From the NCBI GenBank assembly GCA_021771915.1, contig JAETNY010000011.1, forward strand, positions 3,473-67,472: a DNA stretch of 64,000 nucleotides, in the 5' to 3' direction. Shown piece after piece: positions 45,658 through 53,411 of the stretch (its first letter is position 1; each line of letters begins with the position of its first letter). The notes below the pieces were generated by a model. The model searched no databases. It saw only the letters and a list, made by a program, of their open reading frames with translations, and was not told the DNA's origin. Source of the DNA: Bacillota bacterium (GTDB lineage: Bacteria; Bacillota; Dehalobacteriia; UBA4068; UBA4997). Both the position numbers and the translations under genes were made by a program.

Positions 45658-46527
45658 TTAATGCGCTCCAAATATCGCTTTACTCAAACTTCCCGTCTTA
45701 AACAGCGTGAAACATAAAAGCACCGTATATCCCATACAAGTCCAAATGGCCGTAGAGATGTTATCGTCCAAAACAATATGCTGCACCAACACCGCATAAA
45801 TGGCCACGCAGACCATTATGAGAAACGCTTGAAAACCCAGCGCAAACAATGAACGCAGATAATTCTGACCCATTCCGCCAAACTCCCGTCCCAGCATTGC
45901 CGCCATTGGCACAGAAGCCATTGAAGCCATTAAATATATTTCAATCATTCGGCCATAGACAATAATAAATATACAAATCACCAGCGCCCACATTGTCAAC
46001 CCCACAAACAGACTTTGAAACCACAACCCTATCAGCAAACCTAAATCCATTTCTGTAAGCCTTTCTTCCAAATCCGTCATTACTTCGGTTATGTCAATCG
46101 CCGTATTGCCGATTATTACTCCCGCCGCCTGATTAACCACCTGCTGGGTTAAATCAAAAACGCCCATTACAATATCCCAAGTATGCGATACGATGAGAAT
46201 TGCACAGGCTGTTTTGAATATCCACTTAAATATAACTGCACTTTCAATTTCGTGATAATTGTTTTTATCCAGCAATAGCTGCACCAACTCTAATGTCATC
46301 ACAAAAGCAAGTATAACCCCTGCCACCGGCAGTATGACTGTTTCAGAAAGACTATGCACCATATTGAATATGCCGCTGTTCCACGCCTGCGGAGTTGTAC
46401 CGACTTGTCCGGCAATATCGCTGACTTTATCGTTCATTGTATCGAACAGGCCGGAAAGATTACTCATTATACCGCTGACTAAAACCTCTTTCAGCCAGCC
46501 GGTTATCGACTCCCACAAGAAGTCCAT
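45658..46527 (-). CDS. VirB6-like polytopic T4SS protein
   Basis: Multiple TMs, YGRMIEIY, GQNYLRSLFALGFQ. Confidence 0.88.
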   Translation of the reverse strand: MDFLWESITGWLKEVLVSGIMSNLSGLFDTMNDKVSDIAGQVGTTPQAWNSGIFNMVHSLSETVILPVAGVILAFVMTLELVQLLLDKNNYHEIESAVIFKWIFKTACAILIVSHTWDIVMGVFDLTQQVVNQAAGVIIGNTAIDITEVMTDLEERLTEMDLGLLIGLWFQSLFVGLTMWALVICIFIIVYGRMIEIYLMASMASVPMAAMLGREFGGMGQNYLRSLFALGFQAFLIMVCVAIYAVLVQHIVLDDNISTAIWTCMGYTVLLCFTLFKTGSLSKAIFGAH

Positions 46528-46564
46528 ATCTTAAATCACTCCCCATTCACCCCAATCCCAAGCT

Positions 46565-46780
46565 TTAACCAAACAGCCCGGAGAGCAGGGGAACTAACGT
46601 CATACCAATAAGGGCAACGCCACCGCCTGCCATCAACTGCTTCATGCCCTGCGATTTGCTGCCCGGATTATCCTGCCCATAGCCCTCCAACAAATTAACC
46701 AAGCCCCAAACGCCTAAACCAGCGCCCAAGGCCACCACCAATGTCTGCAAAAGTTCAATACTCGCCTCGAAAAACTCCAT
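46565..46780 (-). CDS. Maff2-family membrane protein
   Basis: LLEGYGQDNPGSKSQGMKQLMAGGG. Confidence 0.92.
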   Translation of the reverse strand: MEFFEASIELLQTLVVALGAGLGVWGLVNLLEGYGQDNPGSKSQGMKQLMAGGGVALIGMTLVPLLSGLFG

Positions 46781-46835
46781 ATAATACCTCCCATTTTTTT
46801 AAGTTTTTGTTGTTTCTGTGTTTTCGGTCATATCA

Positions 46836-46963
46836 ACACTATACACATCGAGCCCTCCTTTCTGTTTTCTAATTGTCATAATTGCACGATGGTATGTGTT
46901 CGCACTACGAATCGGCCTGCGCCTATGGCTTGGCCTCCTCGATGCTCACACTATACACATCGA
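46836..46963. repeat. Direct repeat of the virD4 3' end
   Basis: acactatacacatcga at 46836-46851 and 46948-46963. Confidence 0.85.
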
Positions 46964-48707
46964 ACACCTCCTTTGTTTTAAGTTTTAATTGAGTTGAAAG
47001 AAAACGCCCTATGTTCAGAGCATTTTTCTTATCGCTATCCGCTAAAAATTTGTAATTCGGGTGCTGGGTTATATCGTATTTATCCGATAAAAACGGCCTA
47101 ACGCCCCTTAACTGCAAAATACATTTGCTGCCGTCCAAAACGGCCAGCTCGTCTTGGCTCATCAACTCCTTTCCCAATTTCTGATAATTCAAAGAATGGC
47201 TTGTTTCCTTGCCCCGGCTTTCGCCAGTGTTAAAGCTGTCTATCGTTTCCTTGCCCAGCGCCGCCGCCAACTCTTTGAGCGTTCCCGGCTCTTTGCCGCC
47301 AAGAAAAATGCTGCTGTCCATATTGCCAATAATGGTATCGGCATTATCCTTGTAGATTGCCTTTAACTGGCTTTGACTTTGCAGGATAACCACCGCCGAA
47401 ATTTCCCGACTGCGGATTGTTGCAATCAGCTTTTCAAAGTTCGGTATCTGGCCGATATTGGCAAACTCATCAATCAGGCAGCGCACATGGCAAGGCAGCC
47501 TCCCTCCGTATACATCGTCTGCCTTTTCACAAAGCAAATTAAACAGTTGGCTGTAAATCATTGAGATTAAAAAGTTAAATGTGCTGTCCGTATCTGACAT
47601 AATCAGGAAAAGCGCCGTTCTCTTATCCCCGATAGTATCCAAATCCAACTCGTCATAGGCGGTAATCTCTCGCAGTTCCGCAATATCAAATGGCGCTAAC
47701 CTTGCGCCGCAGCTCACAAGAATAGATTTAGCTGTTTTGCCAGCGGCCAATTTATATTTAGCATATTGACGCACAGCGAAGTGATCCGGCTGTTTTTTTG
47801 CCAATTCCTCAAACATTAAATCCACCTGATTTTGAAAACTCTCGTCCTCCTCTCTAACTTCCATTGTATTTATCATCTCAATCAGGGTTGGAAAATTCCG
47901 CTCCTCAAGCGGCGCTTCATAATACAGATAACCAATAAGGGCGCAATAGAGCAGCGTTTCCGCCTTCGTCCAGAATTCGTCGCCTCCTTTCTGCTCACCC
48001 TTGGTATTGGTTATTAGCACGTTTACCAGCTTCAAAATATCCTTTTCACTGTGAATGTAGGCAAGCGGGTTGTAATGCAGGCTTTTTTGGAAGTTTATGG
48101 TGTTAAACACCTTCAGCCGGTATCCCTTATGCAGCAGCATTTTGCCGCACTCAATAACCAAGCTGCCTTTCGGGTCGGTTACTACAAATGAGCAAGGATA
48201 TTTTCCTGAATCGCACTGCATTAAGTTTGGCTTAACCCAAAACCGCGTTTTGCCGCTGCCAGAGCCGCCCACAATAAGCACATTCTTATTCCTTGCCGTT
48301 TTCGGCTCTTTGGGGCGGCTGTTCATCGTGAGCCGCTCAGTTTGCGTTAAGATGATATTGTCCTCAAATTTCGGTGCAATGTAGGGCTTAATGTCTACCG
48401 TCGTTCCCCAACGAGCCGAGCCATATTCAACTCCTTTCCTAAATTTCTTAGAGTTCTGGCTATGAATTGCCACAGCCAGCCTTAAAAACAAGGCGCAGAC
48501 AAGGCCAACCAATAAATCTGCTAGGTAAAAGCTGGGCAAGAACGACTGAAAAGCCGCCCCAAACCCCTCGGCCAAGTGCAGCAGCTTAACGCTGGCGTTA
48601 TCCCCAGCAGCCAGCCGCCACGCCTGACCGATTTTGCCAGCATAAAGCCCAATGAACAGATAAGGCAGGTTAAGCAACAGCAGCTTTTTGATGTTTATAT
48701 CTCTCAT
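46923..48707 (-). CDS. virD4: VirD4/TraG coupling protein
   Basis: YGSARW, GGSGSGKT, TDPKG, LIDEFANIG. Confidence 0.95.
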   Translation of the reverse strand: MRDINIKKLLLLNLPYLFIGLYAGKIGQAWRLAAGDNASVKLLHLAEGFGAAFQSFLPSFYLADLLVGLVCALFLRLAVAIHSQNSKKFRKGVEYGSARWGTTVDIKPYIAPKFEDNIILTQTERLTMNSRPKEPKTARNKNVLIVGGSGSGKTRFWVKPNLMQCDSGKYPCSFVVTDPKGSLVIECGKMLLHKGYRLKVFNTINFQKSLHYNPLAYIHSEKDILKLVNVLITNTKGEQKGGDEFWTKAETLLYCALIGYLYYEAPLEERNFPTLIEMINTMEVREEDESFQNQVDLMFEELAKKQPDHFAVRQYAKYKLAAGKTAKSILVSCGARLAPFDIAELREITAYDELDLDTIGDKRTALFLIMSDTDSTFNFLISMIYSQLFNLLCEKADDVYGGRLPCHVRCLIDEFANIGQIPNFEKLIATIRSREISAVVILQSQSQLKAIYKDNADTIIGNMDSSIFLGGKEPGTLKELAAALGKETIDSFNTGESRGKETSHSLNYQKLGKELMSQDELAVLDGSKCILQLRGVRPFLSDKYDITQHPNYKFLADSDKKNALNIGRFLSTQLKLKTKEVFDVYSVSIEEAKP

Positions 48708-48713
48708 CGCCTA

Positions 48714-49208
48714 TCATCGCTCCCTTTCCTTGCGTTTTTCCTTATCCATAACCGGCTTTTTAACCAGCTCCTTAAAAGCGGCCAGCTTGGCCAGCACCGA
48801 GGGGCGCTCCCGCTGCTCCTTTTTGTTAATTTGCTTTTGCGTATATTCCTTAAAAGCCGCCGTCAACGCGTCTGCGTCCCTTGCCTTAAAGAAGATAAGA
48901 TATTTGGGCGGCTCAACGCCTTTCTCTCGCTTAACGGCGTAATCCACGCCATATTTTCGGGCAATCCGCTCAAACTCCCGGCTGGACTTATCGTTCAACT
49001 CAATATTGCTAACGCCCTGTCCCTGCTCAACCAACTGCTTAACCGTCTGTTTGCCCCGATGATTTACAGGACTGCCTCTGGCCTTATCCAGCTTGATTGA
49101 CCGGCGGTGAGCCAGATATTTGCCTATCGCCTCCTTGAGCGTCCTACCAGTGAATTTGCTGCTACTGACAATAAGGGTCAGCGTTCTGCTCTCAACTTCT
49201 TCCTGCAT
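48714..49208 (-). CDS. PcfB-family protein
   Basis: GKQTVKQL, ARKYGVDYAV, FFKARDADAL. Confidence 0.88.
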   Translation of the reverse strand: MQEEVESRTLTLIVSSSKFTGRTLKEAIGKYLAHRRSIKLDKARGSPVNHRGKQTVKQLVEQGQGVSNIELNDKSSREFERIARKYGVDYAVKREKGVEPPKYLIFFKARDADALTAAFKEYTQKQINKKEQRERPSVLAKLAAFKELVKKPVMDKEKRKERER

Positions 49209-49209
49209 A

Positions 49210-49968
49210 TTAGTTCCTCAAAAACAGGTTTACAAAGTATTCCTGCCCCAGGCCGGTTACCTTGGGAGTTTTCATTACTTTGCTTAAACCGCCGTTATGA
49301 ATAACCACCGTTTCCTTAACCTCCATAATGCCCATTTCCATTGATTTTTGGGTAGGCATATTATAGCTTTCACCTTTGCGCCGGCAAAGAAACCCATGTT
49401 CACGCAGCCATTCAAACAGCCGGTGCTGGCCGATGTTCACACCGTTTTGGCAAAGGATTTTTGCCAAATCGCCAATAAGGATACTATCTGGCGAGGTTAC
49501 AATAGCCTCGGCCAGCTGCACTTTTGGCGCATTGTCAACAGCCTGCCGTTCCAATTCCTGCCGCATATTTCTTTCTGCCTTGAGTTCCAAGGCCAGCTTG
49601 ATTATGGTATCCGGGTTAAGGATTGCTGCCTCCAGAGTCTCGTCCGTCAGATACATTCCGTGCTTGCGGATAGTGGGCAAAATCTCACAGACTACCCAAT
49701 CCGTAAATTTTTCCGCTGCCGGCAGTTTAGAACTAAAAATGAGCCGATATAAATCCGGCTCAGGGATAAAAAGCATTTCCTGTTCACCGCTGTTTGTAGG
49801 GATACGCCGTTTCAGCGTACCCCTAGAATGTCTTGCAATAGCTTCATTTGGCCTCGCATATCCCAGCGCCTTTGCTACATCACTGCCACAAAACAAAATT
49901 TCGCCGTTTTCAACCAGCGTTCTGACACGCCCAAATTCCGGGCTTTCAAACATCTGCATTTCCTGCAT
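49210..49968 (-). CDS. Bro-N/KilAC phage-type antirepressor
   Basis: FGRVRT, DVAKALGY, ILPTIRKHG, KVTGLGQEYF. Confidence 0.9.
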   Translation of the reverse strand: MQEMQMFESPEFGRVRTLVENGEILFCGSDVAKALGYARPNEAIARHSRGTLKRRIPTNSGEQEMLFIPEPDLYRLIFSSKLPAAEKFTDWVVCEILPTIRKHGMYLTDETLEAAILNPDTIIKLALELKAERNMRQELERQAVDNAPKVQLAEAIVTSPDSILIGDLAKILCQNGVNIGQHRLFEWLREHGFLCRRKGESYNMPTQKSMEMGIMEVKETVVIHNGGLSKVMKTPKVTGLGQEYFVNLFLRN

Positions 49969-49974
49969 AATAAT

Positions 49975-50880
49975 CTACCTCCCGTCTATCGCCAAATCGT
50001 GATTGACCTGCATTGTGTAGTGGTTATCCAGCGTGGAGGGCGCGTTAAAGAGAGCGGCCAGCAGATAAGCCTTGGTATTTTTGACATGTGTGGTGTTTTC
50101 TTCAATCCCAGCCAGCACTTTCTCGATGTGTGCCTGCCCAATTTTGCCGAAACGCTCCTGCACATAGGCCGCTGGGTATTCCATATCCCGGCCTAGCTTA
50201 ATAACCGGGCTTTTCGCCAAAGCAACCTCCAGCATAAGTTCCACCAGTTCGTCCAACTGCTGCCGGTTAGCCGCATTGCCAAGATAGGCATAACCAATTT
50301 GATTTTTAATACCCTCTCTGAGAGTTTTAATATCCGTCAGTCCGTCCGTCTTAGCAGCTTTGTCTTTTTCGTCCTGCTGTTCTGTACTTTCGACAGAATG
50401 ACGGAATGAATGAGTATTTCCTCCTTGGGTATTTACTCGATTAGTATTTTCTCTCTGGATAATTTCTTCTTGCGTATTTAATTCTGCGGCTGTTTTCGAA
50501 ACTGGCTCAACCATATCGGGAAAATCCATATTTGGCTTATTAAGATTAGAAACTTCCACATCTGACGGATTATCCTGCACAGCTTTATACGGCTGCTCAT
50601 AAATGGTGTACTCGGTATCGCTAATCCGTCCGTTAGCGCCCCGCAGCTGCCGCCGGATTATGTAGCCTGCCTTTTCCAACTCCCTAACCGCACTGCCGAT
50701 AGCGTCCACTCCCTCCTTACTGATAGCGGCCAGCCCCCGCAGAGTATAGTTCCATTCGTCCGGCAGGGACAAAATCATAGACAACAAGCCTTTGGCCTTA
50801 AGGCTCAACCCTCGGTCTTTCAGATGATGATTGCTCATCACTGTATAATCTCTAGTGCGTTCCACACGATAGATAGCCAT
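49975..50880 (-). CDS. Replication initiator-like protein (N-terminal wHTH, DUF6017-like C-terminus)
   Basis: YTVMSNHHL..LSLKAKGLL..ELEKAGYI; KNTKAYLLAALFNAP. Confidence 0.8.
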   Translation of the reverse strand: MAIYRVERTRDYTVMSNHHLKDRGLSLKAKGLLSMILSLPDEWNYTLRGLAAISKEGVDAIGSAVRELEKAGYIIRRQLRGANGRISDTEYTIYEQPYKAVQDNPSDVEVSNLNKPNMDFPDMVEPVSKTAAELNTQEEIIQRENTNRVNTQGGNTHSFRHSVESTEQQDEKDKAAKTDGLTDIKTLREGIKNQIGYAYLGNAANRQQLDELVELMLEVALAKSPVIKLGRDMEYPAAYVQERFGKIGQAHIEKVLAGIEENTTHVKNTKAYLLAALFNAPSTLDNHYTMQVNHDLAIDGR

Positions 50881-50902
50881 TGTTTTTCACTCTCCCAAAT
50901 AT

Positions 50903-51703
50903 TCAGTGGCATTTACGCCTTACATATTTTTCTCCTCGCTCCTCAGCAGCAAAACGCTCCTCCAGCTCCGCCACGCTCCAATTCTGCTTAAACTGGCCTA
51001 AAGGATTAGAGCCGAACTGTTCTCTGGCTCGTTTATCCATTGCCAGCAGCCTTGCCCAAAGCTGAGGGTGATGCAATCTTAATTGCCGCAACTCGCCAAT
51101 CCTCTGAAAAGGGCAACAAAAACAGGAGGCTCGATGATAAATCTCATACAAACCTCCAAAATCAAAACCACGGTCATAGCATATCTGCAACGCCTGCGCC
51201 TCGGTAACACCCCAATCGACCAGCGGATAATATTTGTTTTGCTCACCCTTGCAGCGCCAACTCTCGTCGGCGGCAATACCAATATATTGCCTAATTTCCC
51301 GGCCTGCCGCAAAGCGCTTTAATTCATTTTCCACAAGATGGGCTTTCAAATAACCAGTACACCAGCGAACTCGAATACCCGGCCAGCCGTTGCCACAAAG
51401 CGGCAAGCCCAAACTTTGCCGTTTCTCAATGCTTTTTGCTGCAACCTTGGGTTGCTCAAACATCAAATATTCAAAGCTTTTTGAACTATGCAGCGTTGTG
51501 ATGTGCAGCCCTCGCTCCCGATGCAGATATTCGTCCACCTTCTGCAAATGCTCATACATCTCAGGAAACTCCATTCCCGTATCCGCTGTCATAACATAGT
51601 CTACGGGCATACCCTTTTCAATCATCAGGATAAGCAGGGCTGTGCTGTCCTTGCCGCCTGATAGCGACACAACATTCAAATCGTTATTTTCTATATTATC
51701 CAA
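50903..51703 (-). CDS. PAPS reductase-family (PP-loop) protein
   Basis: SLSGGKDS, DTGMEFP, RWCT, SCFCCP. Confidence 0.88.
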   Translation of the reverse strand: MDNIENNDLNVVSLSGGKDSTALLILMIEKGMPVDYVMTADTGMEFPEMYEHLQKVDEYLHRERGLHITTLHSSKSFEYLMFEQPKVAAKSIEKRQSLGLPLCGNGWPGIRVRWCTGYLKAHLVENELKRFAAGREIRQYIGIAADESWRCKGEQNKYYPLVDWGVTEAQALQICYDRGFDFGGLYEIYHRASCFCCPFQRIGELRQLRLHHPQLWARLLAMDKRAREQFGSNPLGQFKQNWSVAELEERFAAEERGEKYVRRKCH

Positions 51704-52319
51704 CCTCCCTTTTTACAGTTTTTTCTCTAATATCCAGAGCTGCCAATCCATACCGATAGATAAGCAAGGCATTGACGATAAGACAAAACTCGCTCAACCC
51801 CACCGCCGATATATCCTCCAGCCTTTGCAGCAACCTGCCGATATTATCTACCGCAATACTTCTGGCCGCTGCAAACAGTGTGTAATCTCCGTCTGACATC
51901 TCGGCGATATTCGCCCAAGTCAGGTCAATACTTTGCCGCTCTATGCAGTTTATGGTCAGGCGGTTTAATTCCCGGCTGGCCGCAAACAGATACATCACCG
52001 CATAATATTTGGCTGTATCCTTTCTCCTTTTGCTGTACCTAAAACGAGCCATAAGGTAATCCCAGCGCTGTTTATGCTGCTTGTCCAACCACAAAGAGCC
52101 GAAAAACAGCTGCACTGCCATATGCAGTCTAGCCGCCAACCGTTTGTTTTCTGGAAAACTCTCCAGCAAAGCCTCGGCGTAACCAACAACGCCGGCCTCA
52201 ATTCTTTCAGCCAGCCAAGGACAGCCGCCGCGCATTGTGCAACCCCTCGGTTTTCGATATTCAGTACACAGACGGCAATCTACCATTGTCGGCGTGTACT
52301 TAAATGTGTTTAGAAACAA
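51696..52319 (-). CDS. Hypothetical ICE protein with N-terminal Cys cluster
   Basis: CRLC...C....CPW; RBS ggagg; coupled to next gene. Confidence 0.72.
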   Translation of the reverse strand: MFLNTFKYTPTMVDCRLCTEYRKPRGCTMRGGCPWLAERIEAGVVGYAEALLESFPENKRLAARLHMAVQLFFGSLWLDKQHKQRWDYLMARFRYSKRRKDTAKYYAVMYLFAASRELNRLTINCIERQSIDLTWANIAEMSDGDYTLFAAARSIAVDNIGRLLQRLEDISAVGLSEFCLIVNALLIYRYGLAALDIREKTVKREVG

Positions 52320-52342
52320 CCTCCCACCTCCGTTTGGGCAAC

Positions 52343-52378
52343 AAAAAAGGGACAGAAAAATAAAACTTTCTATCCCTT
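52343..52378 (-). terminator. Intrinsic terminator after parB
   Basis: Minus strand aagggatagaaa/tttctgtccctt (G-U pair) followed by T-run. Confidence 0.72.
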
Positions 52379-52399
52379 ATTTAGCTATATTCAATTTTT

Positions 52400-53311
52400 T
52401 TACCGCTCCTGCGCCCGCTGGCGTTTTTTCTGCCAAGCCTCCAATAGCCGGATTATGGTGTTTTCCATTTGCAGCGGCGTATAGGAACGAGGGAAATATT
52501 TACGCAGCTTTTCCGTCGAAAAACTAACGCTTTCTTTATCCGGCGTAACTTCTTCTTTGCGGTTTTGCTCCGGCTTTTTTTCTTCCTGCATAATTTCCAG
52601 TATTTTATCGCCGCTCAACTCTCCAGCTTGGCTCATTTTTTTCATTCGCTGTGCCTGTGAGAGCGAGGGCGTGGCCTGCTCGCTGTCGATAGCTTCAAGC
52701 AGCTGCTTTTGTTCCTCCGGCTGCAAGTAGGATAACTCCACCGCCGGTGTAAAGCCGATTTTTTTATCATCAACCAACTGCTGCAACTCCGGCTCCAATT
52801 CTGTCAGACGGATATACCGTTGAATTTGTCTGCCGCTTTCGCCGGTAGTTTCACCAACAATATCTGAACTTTCCAACTTCCCGACAACTTGTCGGGAAGT
52901 TAAATCCGTCCGCGCACCTTGCCGCTTAATGGCCTCCAGTTTCATTTTATACGCCTTGGCCTTTTCGCTGGGCAGGATATTTTCACGCTGCAAATTGCTG
53001 TCCACCATCATAATAACAGCGGTATCAGCGTCCATATCCTTAACAATAACCGGCATTTTATCCAGTCCGGCCAATTCGCAGGCGCGTTTCCGCCGATGGC
53101 CGGAAATTATCTCATAGCCGCCGCCCTCTCGTGGTCTAGCAATGGCCGGAGTTAAAACGCCATACTCCTTAATGCTAGCCGCCGTTTCCTGCATACTCTC
53201 ATCATCACGCACAGTAAAGGGCTGCTCAGGAAAAGGATAGAGTTCTGCAAGTGCGATGTTTACCACCTCCGCAACATTGTTTGTCTTTTTCTTCCTCGTT
53301 GTTTCTGCCAT
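52400..53311 (-). CDS. parB: ParB/Spo0J-family protein
   Basis: YEIISGHRR, VDSNLQRE, QIQRYIRL; ATG 53311 after RBS aaggag. Confidence 0.92.
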   Translation of the reverse strand: MAETTRKKKTNNVAEVVNIALAELYPFPEQPFTVRDDESMQETAASIKEYGVLTPAIARPREGGGYEIISGHRRKRACELAGLDKMPVIVKDMDADTAVIMMVDSNLQRENILPSEKAKAYKMKLEAIKRQGARTDLTSRQVVGKLESSDIVGETTGESGRQIQRYIRLTELEPELQQLVDDKKIGFTPAVELSYLQPEEQKQLLEAIDSEQATPSLSQAQRMKKMSQAGELSGDKILEIMQEEKKPEQNRKEEVTPDKESVSFSTEKLRKYFPRSYTPLQMENTIIRLLEAWQKKRQRAQER

Positions 53312-53411
53312 ATATATCACTCCTTTATGCTTTGCAGGATACAACAAGAGGGAATGTGTTATCTGTTTTTACATTCCCTCTAAAACAATATTTGAATGGT
53401 AAAATCACCTA

